Shown piece by piece: positions 7,167 to 15,054 of a stretch of 20,849 nucleotides of DNA. The stretch is from the NCBI GenBank assembly GCA_040754495.1, contig JBFMCO010000019.1:1-20849 (forward strand). Direction: 5' to 3'. The DNA comes from Candidatus Micrarchaeota archaeon (lineage in GTDB: Archaea; Micrarchaeota; Micrarchaeia; Anstonellales; Bilamarchaeaceae). Position 1 is the stretch's first letter. The number at the start of each line of letters is the position of its first letter. Made by a program: the position numbers and the translations under genes. The notes under the pieces were generated by a model that made no database searches, had not been told where the DNA came from, and worked only from the letters and a program-made list of their open reading frames with translations.

Positions 7167-8875
7167 GCCGCGAATCTCTCTTTCTCCTGCGCTATGCGCT
7201 TCACCCAGAGCTTGAATATCTGGCCGAACCTCTCATGCGCGAAGTCGAACAGCCACTGCTCGAGCGTGCCCTTGTTCGCCTTTATGTCGGCAGGAAGCTC
7301 CTCGTCGTTCCTCAGCGTATAGACGAAGTCCTCGGTGTCGCGGATGGTTCTCCTGGAGGCGCATACCCTCCTCACCATCTGCATGCGGTCGAAGTCGTGC
7401 ATGTGCACCGGCCTGCCGCCATTCTCGCTCATCGCCAGCGCGTCGTATATCTGGAGCTGGACGCTCGGGTGGACGTTCTCGAAGAAGTTAAGCATGAAGT
7501 CCGTCATGTCGAGGACCTTCGGCGGATACAGCGACTTGCCCATCCAGCCGAGTATGAACCTGTTGCGCGCTTCCGCGATGTCCATGCCCTCGGCATCGAG
7601 CACCATGACAACCGGCTCGAAATCAAGGTCCGCGTAGCCGGGGTCGCCGTTCGCCCCCTTGGCATGTATCCTGCGGGCTATGGCCCTCCTTATGAGCGTG
7701 GCCGTCTCGTCGTTTGCGGGCAGGTCGGCCCAGAACTGGAGGTAGCCGCCGTTCAGCGGAATGACCGTCGCGACCTGTCCGTCTATCTCGCCCATCGCCT
7801 GGGCTATCGGAGTCAGGACGCCGTTCGTCCTGGGCTTGCCGGCATAGGTGTTGAACAGCGTCATGCCCGCATCGCCGGAGAAGATGCCGGCGTAGCCCTT
7901 TCTCGTGCCCTCGAAATCGCCCCTGTCGCTGGTGAAGGTGAGCAGGCCGCGCGCCACGTCGGGCCGCATCCTGAGCTTTGTGTCTACGAATACGCCCCTG
8001 TCCATCTTCCTTAGCGCCGGGTCCTCCTTCACCATCTTCTGCAGAGAGGTGTCGAAGGGGCTCACAACCTCGGGAAGGCCATGGTCGCTTATGCGTCGGA
8101 ATTCTCCCGGAAGGTCGTTGAAGAACGGAATCTCGGCGTTCCCGGCATCCCTTATGCGCTCCATGATGAACCCCCTCCGGTCAAGGGGCACCTTGGCCGG
8201 GCTGGAAACCGAGAAGCTGCATGCCACTATCATCTCGGGGTGCCTCAGCATCCTGGAGAAGGAGCGGAGGTCCAGGTCGTACGACCTCCCCTCCAGCGGA
8301 ACGTTTATTGAATAAGTGTAAGTCTCCGGGGCGAGCTCCTTGCGGGCCATCTTCCATGCCCGGTCGAACACGAGCTCCAGGCTGGCCTCCGCACCGAACT
8401 GCGCCTTGATTTTCCCCTCGAGGTCCATCCCTCCTATCACAAGGATGCCCTCGTCCGAAGTAGGGGAGACGCGGATGAGCTCCAGCCTCATTATGGGGTT
8501 GTCGTAGATGCCGGCAACAAGGCTCGCGGCCCGCTCGCTGGTCTTCCAATAAGCCTTCATGGACTGCTCGCCGGCCTCGTCCTGGCCGCCGAGCTTGTTT
8601 ATGGGGTTCTGCCTGGACTTGTCTAGGAGAACCACTGAGAACTCATAGCCGGTCTCGGTCGCCGCCATGGTGCAGAGGCCGGGCTCGACGCTCTCGAGAT
8701 AATTATGAAGCCTTTTCTCCTTCTCGCCCTGCGGGTCGCAGACCATGAGGGACGGGGGCTCGATGCCCTTATCGGCGGCCTTCCTCAGCGCAGCGTCAAT
8801 CCTCCTGACCATGGCTGAGCGCTCGTCGTCGTGCGAGCCGGTGCTGCCGGGGCCTCTAAGCTTCCTGAGAGTCAT
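7163..8875 (-). CDS. Hypothetical protein (570 aa, soluble orphan)
   Basis: Long ORF with strong GC3 bias and normal composition; SD-like GGAGG upstream; no family recognised. Confidence 0.75.
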   Translation of the reverse strand: MTLRKLRGPGSTGSHDDERSAMVRRIDAALRKAADKGIEPPSLMVCDPQGEKEKRLHNYLESVEPGLCTMAATETGYEFSVVLLDKSRQNPINKLGGQDEAGEQSMKAYWKTSERAASLVAGIYDNPIMRLELIRVSPTSDEGILVIGGMDLEGKIKAQFGAEASLELVFDRAWKMARKELAPETYTYSINVPLEGRSYDLDLRSFSRMLRHPEMIVACSFSVSSPAKVPLDRRGFIMERIRDAGNAEIPFFNDLPGEFRRISDHGLPEVVSPFDTSLQKMVKEDPALRKMDRGVFVDTKLRMRPDVARGLLTFTSDRGDFEGTRKGYAGIFSGDAGMTLFNTYAGKPRTNGVLTPIAQAMGEIDGQVATVIPLNGGYLQFWADLPANDETATLIRRAIARRIHAKGANGDPGYADLDFEPVVMVLDAEGMDIAEARNRFILGWMGKSLYPPKVLDMTDFMLNFFENVHPSVQLQIYDALAMSENGGRPVHMHDFDRMQMVRRVCASRRTIRDTEDFVYTLRNDEELPADIKANKGTLEQWLFDFAHERFGQIFKLWVKRIAQEKERFAA

Positions 8876-9221
8876 ACCTATCCTCCGCTGGGGTTGTAGC
8901 GGTTATTGTGAGGGTCTGGTTATCCTTATACATGATAATATATGTTAGACAACATTTATAAACCATGCTTTTTTATTGATTCCAACACCATATACCATCA
9001 TGTCCAGATACCTCATCCAGTCATGCCACCTCACATCATCGAAATTCTACGACGATGGACGTCTTTCACGCACATTACGTCCATGAACGAAATTTATATA
9101 TTGCCATGAACAGCCACGAACAAGGCCGGGAAAGTGCGGACGCAGCCCTGCAGGGACAACTCGGGGGAGGAACCGGAAATCAATATATACCCCTGCTGCC
9201 ATATAGTGCCAGTGATCTGAT

Positions 9222-9635
9222 ATGACCGGTCCGGCACAGAGGAATCCCGCAGAAGACCAGAGGATGCAGCAGGCCCCGCGGCGCGCGGACCAGTACCGGC
9301 AGCTATTCGAGAACCTGCGCAGCGGCTCGCCTCAGGAGCGGCTCGGCGCCATCAAGGCATTATCCACGTACATAGACCGGAATACCCGCCCCCTTCCATT
9401 CGATGACCGGTTTTTCCCGGTGCTCCGCCAGCAGCGCACCCTCGGCAGCGAAATCGACGTACGCTTCTTCCCGGTCCTGCTTTACCAGAGGATAAACCAG
9501 ATACGCGGGGTGTTCGCCGGGCTCAGCCATACCGACCCGGACCCGCAGGTGAGGAAGGCTGCGGAAAGCGCCCTGCGCCAGCTCGATGCCCTCTTGAACC
9601 GCCCCCAGAACACGTCTCCGGGCTCCCAGAGATAG
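9222..9635 (+). CDS. HEAT-repeat-like small protein
   Basis: LRSGSPQERLGAIKAL and DPDPQVRKAAESAL helical-hairpin motifs; internal 18-aa-period repeat containing RFFPVL. Confidence 0.65.
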   Translation: MTGPAQRNPAEDQRMQQAPRRADQYRQLFENLRSGSPQERLGAIKALSTYIDRNTRPLPFDDRFFPVLRQQRTLGSEIDVRFFPVLLYQRINQIRGVFAGLSHTDPDPQVRKAAESALRQLDALLNRPQNTSPGSQR

Positions 9636-9639
9636 CATC

Positions 9640-9647
9640 TTTATAAA
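9640..9647 (+). promoter_or_regulatory. TATA box of the rpl3 operon (TTTATAAA)
   Basis: Canonical box about 155 nt upstream of the rpl3 start, implying a long 5' UTR. Confidence 0.65.
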
Positions 9648-9680
9648 CATTTCTCCTTATACTCCTAAAAGTCCAATTAT

Positions 9681-9800
9681 TTCCGGCGCGGCAGGCAGTG
9701 CCTGCACCCCTCTACGGGAGGGGTCCCGAAAGCAGTAGGGAACCGATTTCAATCGCTTCCTGAAATCCAGACGGGCAACGCAGAAAAGCAGGTGTAGAAC
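9681..9800 (+). ncRNA. Putative structured 5' leader (r-leader candidate) of the rpl3 operon
   Basis: Hairpins GCAGGC/GCCTGC, ACCCCTC/GAGGGGT and GATTTCA/TGAAATC; motif GCAGTAGGGAACCGA resembles the 23S rRNA helix 28 region. Confidence 0.55.
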
Positions 9801-10745
9801 TTGACAGATATCAAGCGCCCCCGACGGGGGTCTATGGCCCACAGGCCACGGAAGAGAGCGGTAAGCCAGAACGCCAGGGTCCACTGGCAGGAGTCGGCGG
9901 AAAAGCGCGTCCTCGGATTCGCAGGCTACAAGGCGGGCATGACGCACGTCTCATACGTGGATGACAGCGAGTCTCCCACCAAGGGCCAGGAGGTCGTGAG
10001 CGCGGCCACGGTCATCGAGGTTCCGCCCATGGTCGTCTACGGCGTGCGCTGCTACAAGGTCAACAACTCCGTGGGGGACATCCTGACGACGGACGAGAAG
10101 ATACTCAAGCTCGCAGGCTTCAAGAAGAAAGTCGTGGCGAAGGCCGTGAACGAGGCCGAGGCCGACGATTTCCGGCTGCTCGCGTTCGCGATGCCCTCGA
10201 AGACAGGGTTCGGCAAGAAGCACGTCGAGAAGATGGAAATGGGCTGCGGCGGGAAGGACGCCAAGGAGAAGCTCGAATACTGCAAGAGCCTGCTTGGCAA
10301 GGAACTCCGCATCGGGGACGTGTTCAAGAGCGGCGAGCACGTCGACGTCGTTTCCGTATCCACCGGAAAGGGCTGGCAGGGCGCGGTCAAGAGGTTCGGC
10401 GTCTCGGTGCAGCGGAGGAAGGCCACAGGGAAGCGCAGGCACGTCGGAACGCTCGGCCAGTGGCACCCGGCCTACGTGCTCTACACGGTTCCGCAGGCGG
10501 GCCAGACCGGCTACCACCAGAGGACCGAGCTCAACAAGATGATACTGAAGATTGGCCAGAAGCCCGAGGACGTAAATCCCTCGAGCGGATTCCCCAGCTA
10601 CGGGTTCGTGAGGGGCGAATTCGTGCTCCTCAAGGGCTCCATACCGGGCCCTGCCAAGAGGCTGATAAAGCTGAGGCTTGCGGTCCGCGCGGCAGCTGGC
10701 GGCAAGGAGCCGCAGGTGGGCTACATATCGCTGGCTCCCCGGTAG
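9801..10745 (+). CDS. rpl3: 50S ribosomal protein uL3
   Basis: RPRRGSM..RPRKRA, GYKAGMTH, GKGWQGAVKRFG, GQTGYHQRTE; TTG start with AGGTG SD. Confidence 0.97.
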   Translation: MTDIKRPRRGSMAHRPRKRAVSQNARVHWQESAEKRVLGFAGYKAGMTHVSYVDDSESPTKGQEVVSAATVIEVPPMVVYGVRCYKVNNSVGDILTTDEKILKLAGFKKKVVAKAVNEAEADDFRLLAFAMPSKTGFGKKHVEKMEMGCGGKDAKEKLEYCKSLLGKELRIGDVFKSGEHVDVVSVSTGKGWQGAVKRFGVSVQRRKATGKRRHVGTLGQWHPAYVLYTVPQAGQTGYHQRTELNKMILKIGQKPEDVNPSSGFPSYGFVRGEFVLLKGSIPGPAKRLIKLRLAVRAAAGGKEPQVGYISLAPR

Positions 10746-10753
10746 GTGTTCAA

Positions 10754-11500
10754 ATGAAAGCTACAGTATATTCTCTGGAAGGAAAGGCGCTGAGGCAGAT
10801 AGACCTCCCGCAGGTCTTCGAGTCGCAGAGGCGCGACGACCTCGTGAAGAGGGCGGTCCTCAGCGAGGAGAGCAGGCTCTACCAGCCCAAGGGCAGCTAC
10901 CGGTTCGCCGGGCTCGAAACGAGCGCGCGCTACCGCGGCCGCAAGGAGGATTTCGGCACAGTGAAGAACAAGGGCATCCCGCACCTGCCGCACGAGGTCC
11001 TTCCCAAGGGCCAGCTCGGCAAGGTGAAAAGGGTTCCGCACGCGGTGAAGGGCCGCAGGGCGCACCCGCCGAAGGTCGCCAAGATACTCGTCGAGAAGAT
11101 GAACAAGAAGGAGCACAGGCTGGCGCTCGCCAGCGCGCTCTCATACGTTGCAGACCGCGACAGCGTCTGCGGCAGGGCGCGTTCGGACATAGGCGTCTCC
11201 ATACCGGTCGTCCTCGAGAGCGGATTCGAGAAGCTCGGGAAGGCCAAAGACGTCGCGAAGGTGCTCGATTCGCTCAACCTGTCGAGGTTCGTGGACAAGG
11301 CCAAAAGGAACGGCACCCGCTCCGCGCTCATAGTGGTCTCCTCGAAGGGGGCCGGAAAGGCCGCGGCAAACCTTGCCGGGGTGGATGTGGTGAGCGCAAA
11401 TGACCTCGAGGTGAGGCACCTCGCGCCCGGGACTCATCCGGGCAGGCTGACCATCTTCACAGAGGGCGCGCTGCCGGAGCTTGCCAAGAGGTTCGCATGA
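10754..11500 (+). CDS. rpl4: 50S ribosomal protein uL4
   Basis: AGLETSA, GRRAHPPK, LAPGTHPGRLTIFT; ATG 10754 after AGGTG (the ORF-track start at 10460 is a shadow extension). Confidence 0.96.
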   Translation: MKATVYSLEGKALRQIDLPQVFESQRRDDLVKRAVLSEESRLYQPKGSYRFAGLETSARYRGRKEDFGTVKNKGIPHLPHEVLPKGQLGKVKRVPHAVKGRRAHPPKVAKILVEKMNKKEHRLALASALSYVADRDSVCGRARSDIGVSIPVVLESGFEKLGKAKDVAKVLDSLNLSRFVDKAKRNGTRSALIVVSSKGAGKAAANLAGVDVVSANDLEVRHLAPGTHPGRLTIFTEGALPELAKRFA

Positions 11501-11510
11501 GGTGTATGGC

Positions 11511-11762
11511 ATGATACTGATAGCGCCCATCAAGACGGAGAAAGCGATAGGGAAGATAGAATACGAGAATACGCTCACCTTCGAGGTGGCCCTGAAGTCC
11601 TCGAAAAAGGAAATCAAGGCCGAGACCGAGAAGCTCTTTGGCGTGAAGGTCGCGTCCGTGCGGACCTACATAACGCCCGAGGGGGCCAAGCACGCGCTCG
11701 TGCGGCTCGACAAGAGTTCGAAGGCCGACGACGTGGCAACGAAGCTGAAGATGATTGCATGA
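11511..11762 (+). CDS. rpl23: 50S ribosomal protein uL23
   Basis: PIKTEKA, NTLTFEV, KKEIKAETEKLFGVKV; SD GAGGTG at 11499-11504. Confidence 0.95.
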   Translation: MILIAPIKTEKAIGKIEYENTLTFEVALKSSKKEIKAETEKLFGVKVASVRTYITPEGAKHALVRLDKSSKADDVATKLKMIA

Positions 11763-11783
11763 AACTTTTTAGGAAAAAGTTTC
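11761..11783. repeat. Perfect 10-bp AT-rich inverted repeat GAAACTTTTT-AGG-AAAAAGTTTC
   Basis: Read directly; overlaps the rpl23 stop, in the rpl23-rpl2 spacer. Confidence 0.8.
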
Positions 11784-11810
11784 ACAAAAACTGACTGAAA
11801 TGGGATATTT

Positions 11811-12566
11811 ATGGGAAAAAGGCTGAAACAGCAGAAAAGAGGGTCCGGCTCCCCGCGCTACATCGCACCGAGCCACCGCTACAAGGCGGACCTGTCGTAC
11901 AGGCCGTATGACGACATAGAGAAGACCGGCGTGCTGACCGGCAAGGTAGTGTCCTTCATAGACGACCCGGCCAGGACCGCGCTCCTCATGAAGGTCAAGT
12001 ACGACAACAGCGAATTCGGGACGCTCCTTGCGCCCGAGGGCATAGCCGTCGGAGACGAAGTGGATGTCGGCGCGCAGGGCCGCCTGAGGCTCGGCAGCGT
12101 CCTTCCTCTCTACCGCATCCCGGACGGCGCATACGTCTTCAACATCGAGAGGAACCCCGGCGACGGGGGAACGCTCGTGAAGGCCGCCGGCTCCTACGCG
12201 AACATAGTCGCCAAGGAAGGCAAGGTGGTATATCTCAAGCTGCCGAGCAGGGCCACGCTCGTGCTCTCCAACGAATGCCGCGCCCAGCTCGGCGTGATTG
12301 CCGGCGGAGGCAGGCTCGAGAAGCCGATGCTGAAGGCAGGGACCCAGTTCTACAAGATGCGGGCCGTGCACAGGCTCTGGCCGGTGCCAAGGGGCGTCCA
12401 CCAGGCCGCCTACAACCACCCGCACGGCGGCAAGCAGCACCATGTCGGCAAGCCGACCACGGTCGCGAGGGGAACCCCGCCCGGAGGCAAGGTGGGCCAC
12501 ATAGCCGCGAGGCAGACCGGGCGCCGCAAAGGCAAGAGGATGGTAGAGGAAACTGAAGAGGCCTGA
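11811..12566 (+). CDS. rpl2: 50S ribosomal protein uL2
   Basis: MGKRL..Q.RG.GSP.Y, DDPARTA, HPHGG, PPGGKVGHIAARQTG. Confidence 0.97.
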   Translation: MGKRLKQQKRGSGSPRYIAPSHRYKADLSYRPYDDIEKTGVLTGKVVSFIDDPARTALLMKVKYDNSEFGTLLAPEGIAVGDEVDVGAQGRLRLGSVLPLYRIPDGAYVFNIERNPGDGGTLVKAAGSYANIVAKEGKVVYLKLPSRATLVLSNECRAQLGVIAGGGRLEKPMLKAGTQFYKMRAVHRLWPVPRGVHQAAYNHPHGGKQHHVGKPTTVARGTPPGGKVGHIAARQTGRRKGKRMVEETEEA

Positions 12567-12570
12567 TCAT

Positions 12571-12966
12571 ATGAAGAAAGACACATGGAAAGGGGTAGAG
12601 GAGGAAAAGGCCGCTGCGGTGACCTACGACGACTTCCTCAAGAAGATATCGTCGAGGAACCGGAGGGCTCTCCTGCGGATGAACGTCAACCCGCGGCTCA
12701 AGAAGCTCGTGGAGAAGGTGCGCCTCATAAAGAAGGCGAATCCGAAGAAGCTCATCAAGACGCACGTGCGGGAGGCAATCATCCTGCCCGAGTGGCTGGG
12801 CCTCTCCTTCGGGGTGCACAACGGGAAGGAGTTCAAGCGCGTGGAAATCACGCTCAACAAAATCGGGAGGCGCCTTGGCGACTACTCGCACACGACCGGA
12901 AGGGTGCTCCATTCGGGCCCCGGTGTCGGAGCTACGAGAGGTTCCAAGTTCGTCCCGCTGAAGTGA
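12571..12966 (+). CDS. rps19: 30S ribosomal protein uS19
   Basis: IKTHVRE..ILPE, VHNGKEF, IGRRLGDYS, HSGPGVGATRGSKFVPLK. Confidence 0.96.
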   Translation: MKKDTWKGVEEEKAAAVTYDDFLKKISSRNRRALLRMNVNPRLKKLVEKVRLIKKANPKKLIKTHVREAIILPEWLGLSFGVHNGKEFKRVEITLNKIGRRLGDYSHTTGRVLHSGPGVGATRGSKFVPLK

Positions 12967-13667
12967 TGAAGATGAAAGGCTACTCTTCAGAGATTCCGGA
13001 CAACTGCGCGCGTGCGCGCGTGGAAGGCGTGAACGCCTCGTACAAGGACCTCTCGGAGGTCTGCGGCAGGATAAGGAACAGAAAGACCGACTGGGCCGTC
13101 TCGTTCCTGGAAAAGGCCGCCGAGGGCGAGGTCGCAGTCTTCTTCAGGAGGCACAACAAGAAGCTCGGCCACAGGCGCGAGCTCGGCGGCAGGAAGGGCA
13201 GGTATCCGGAGAAGGCCGCAGGCATGGTCCTGAAAGTCCTCAGAAGCGCCATCGCGAACGGGAAGACGCAGGGCCTTGGCGAGGTCTACACGATACTCGC
13301 GGCCAGCGCGAACAAGCTGCAGGTGTTCCCCAGGATGGCATCCAAGGGGAGGACCGCGCGCTCGTTCCTAGAGACCTCGCGCATCGAGATAGTCCTCAAG
13401 GGCGCGGAAGTCCCGAAGGGAGTGAGCGTCACGCCTCCGAAGAAGGCGGAGAAGCCTGCAGAGGCGAAGAAGGAGAAGGCCGAGGCCAAAAAAGAGGAGA
13501 AGAAGGCCGAGGTTCCCGTCGTCGGCAAGGAAGAGAAGAAAGAGCCCCCGAAGCTCCTGAAGGAGGAGGGGAAGCCCGAGCACAAGCACGAACTCGAGAA
13601 AATCCAGGACAGCGAGAAGAATCGCGCCGAGCCTCCGCACCAGCACGGGGAGTACAATAAAAGGTGA
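12966..13667 (+). CDS. rpl22: 50S ribosomal protein uL22 with ~87-aa charged C-terminal extension
   Basis: ASYKDLSEVCGRIR, GRYPEKAA, PRMASKGR, SRIEIVL; start 12966 or 12972. Confidence 0.95.
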   Translation: MKMKGYSSEIPDNCARARVEGVNASYKDLSEVCGRIRNRKTDWAVSFLEKAAEGEVAVFFRRHNKKLGHRRELGGRKGRYPEKAAGMVLKVLRSAIANGKTQGLGEVYTILAASANKLQVFPRMASKGRTARSFLETSRIEIVLKGAEVPKGVSVTPPKKAEKPAEAKKEKAEAKKEEKKAEVPVVGKEEKKEPPKLLKEEGKPEHKHELEKIQDSEKNRAEPPHQHGEYNKR

Positions 13668-13669
13668 GC

Positions 13670-14392
13670 ATGATGATATACCAGGAGAAACTGATTGAGG
13701 AGCCGTTCAGCAAATACCAGGTCATGAAGTTCCTGGAGAAGAAGCTCGACCGGGCCGGTCTCGCGAGCGTCGATATCCAGAGGACGCCGCTTGTGACGAG
13801 GATAACCCTCGAGGTCACGAACCCTGCCAGGATTATAGGCAAGAAAGGCCGCCTCATCAACGAGCTCACCGACATCATCAAGGCGGAGTTCAAGATCGAG
13901 AACCCCCAGATAAGCGTCATAGAGGTGCGCGAGCCTTTCCTGGAGCCGCGCATGGTCGGGAAGAGGGCGGGCAAGTACATCGAGATGGGCAAGAAGGTCC
14001 GCGCCGTGCTGCACTACCTCCTCCGGGAAGTCATCCGCGCGGGAGCACTCGGCGCCGAAATCGTCGCCTCGGGCAAAATCGGCGCGAAGGGCGCGCGGGC
14101 AAAGAGCCTGCGCGTCGTGGCCGGGTACATCCCGAAGGCAGGGGAGCCGGCGAGGCTGATACGCGTCGCGCACATAAGCGCGAACACGCGCTCCGGCGTC
14201 ATCGGAATACTCGTGCGCATCGTCCCTCCCGGGACGGTGTTCCCGGACAAGCAGACGACCGAGGTCGTCCTGCCGAAAGTCATCGAGGCCGCGACCGAGG
14301 TCGGCGGCGCGAGGAGGGACGAGCCTCCGCCAGCTGGCGAGAAGAAGGCCGAGCCGCCGCACCACCACCGCAGGCCTCCTTTCAGGAGATGA
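13670..14392 (+). CDS. rps3: 30S ribosomal protein uS3
   Basis: DRAGLASVDIQRTPLVTRI, PARIIGKKG KH motif, GALGAEIVASGKIG; start ambiguous (13664, 13670 or 13673). Confidence 0.96.
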   Translation: MMIYQEKLIEEPFSKYQVMKFLEKKLDRAGLASVDIQRTPLVTRITLEVTNPARIIGKKGRLINELTDIIKAEFKIENPQISVIEVREPFLEPRMVGKRAGKYIEMGKKVRAVLHYLLREVIRAGALGAEIVASGKIGAKGARAKSLRVVAGYIPKAGEPARLIRVAHISANTRSGVIGILVRIVPPGTVFPDKQTTEVVLPKVIEAATEVGGARRDEPPPAGEKKAEPPHHHRRPPFRR

Positions 14393-14396
14393 GCAC

Positions 14397-14582
14397 ATGG
14401 CAATACTCAAGAAGACTGAAATAGAAAGCATGGACGAGGCTGCAAAGACCGCCAAGATAGCGGAGCTGGAAAAGGCCATCCTGGAGCTGCGCGGCGAAGG
14501 CAGGGGCGAGAAGGTGAAGCCCCTGCGCAAGGCCATCGCATCGCTCCGCACGCCGCGCCCCAAAAGCGTTAAAAAGAAATGA
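14397..14582 (+). CDS. rpl29: 50S ribosomal protein uL29
   Basis: MAILKKTEIESM...ELEKAILELR...LRKAIASLRT; canonical position after rps3. Confidence 0.88.
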   Translation: MAILKKTEIESMDEAAKTAKIAELEKAILELRGEGRGEKVKPLRKAIASLRTPRPKSVKKK

Positions 14583-14663
14583 AGCGATAGGTAATGCAGG
14601 GTAAGTTGTTACCAAAAGTGTTAAAAAGGAGTTAAACCATAATTCCTATAGGTGAATGCCATA

Positions 14664-14969
14664 ATGGATAAATGTCCGAAGTGCGGAATGCTCAAGGATC
14701 TCTGCGTCTGCGAGATCCTTGACAAACAGGGAGCAGCGAAAATAAGGGTGTACAGCACAAAGAAGAAATTCAAGAAGCTGGTTACCATAATCGAGGGCGT
14801 GGACAAGGCCCAGCTGGACTCCACGACCAAGGAGCTTAAGCACAAGCTCGCCTGCGGCGGGACGGCCAAGGAGGGCGTGATAATCCTCCAGGGCGACCAC
14901 AAGAGAAGGGCCAAGGAGATCCTCAAGCAGCTCGGGTTCCCGCAGGAAAGCATCGAAGTTTCCGGCTAA
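14664..14969 (+). CDS. sui1: Translation initiation factor SUI1/aIF1
   Basis: CPKCG...LCVCE, KKLVTIIEG, LKHKLACGGTAK, IILQGDH; ATG 14664 after AGGTGA. Confidence 0.95.
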   Translation: MDKCPKCGMLKDLCVCEILDKQGAAKIRVYSTKKKFKKLVTIIEGVDKAQLDSTTKELKHKLACGGTAKEGVIILQGDHKRRAKEILKQLGFPQESIEVSG

Positions 14970-14980
14970 CTGTTTTCTGA

Positions 14981-14987
14981 TTTTTTT
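14981..14987 (+). terminator. Oligo-T archaeal terminator candidate after sui1
   Basis: T7 tract (preceded by TGTTTTCT) 11 nt after the sui1 stop, where the conserved operon is broken. Confidence 0.5.
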
Positions 14988-14998
14988 CCCAAAACCCA

Positions 14999-15008
14999 TA
15001 TATATAAA
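14999..15008 (+). promoter_or_regulatory. TATA box (TATATATAAA)
   Basis: Upstream of the inserted Tat-type ORF; GGGGAGGGA SD-like element at 15042-15050. Confidence 0.55.
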
Positions 15009-15054
15009 ATCATCTGTTTATTACATTTAATACAACATCTTGGGGAGGGATGAA

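Noticed and set aside
7560-7790. VATVIPLNGGYLQFWADL and VVMVLD in the 570-aa protein, faintly reminiscent of type I phosphoribosyltransferases
   Set aside because: The diagnostic acidic pair plus TG-x-T PRPP loop is absent; the similarity is too weak without a profile search.
9055-9084. 8-bp inverted repeat ATGGACGT...ACGTCCAT, and the palindrome CCCTGCAGGG at 9146-9155
   Set aside because: Short and isolated with no second copy; could be operators but are compatible with chance.
9106-9225. 39-codon ORF ending in an ATGA overlap with the HEAT-like gene
   Set aside because: It spans the likely TATA box (9182-9189) of the downstream gene and has no SD or recognisable features.
9759-9766. CCTGAAAT shared between the rpl3 leader and the rps17 leader (19494-19501), containing a box D-like CTGA
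   Set aside because: A single 8-mer match, with no box C partner or shared structural context identified.
10460-13667. Apparent long N-terminal extensions or frameshift fusions of uL4 (from 10460) and uL22 (from 12585)
   Set aside because: The extensions are alternative frames of the upstream genes; each true start follows the upstream stop closely, with an SD or an overlap.
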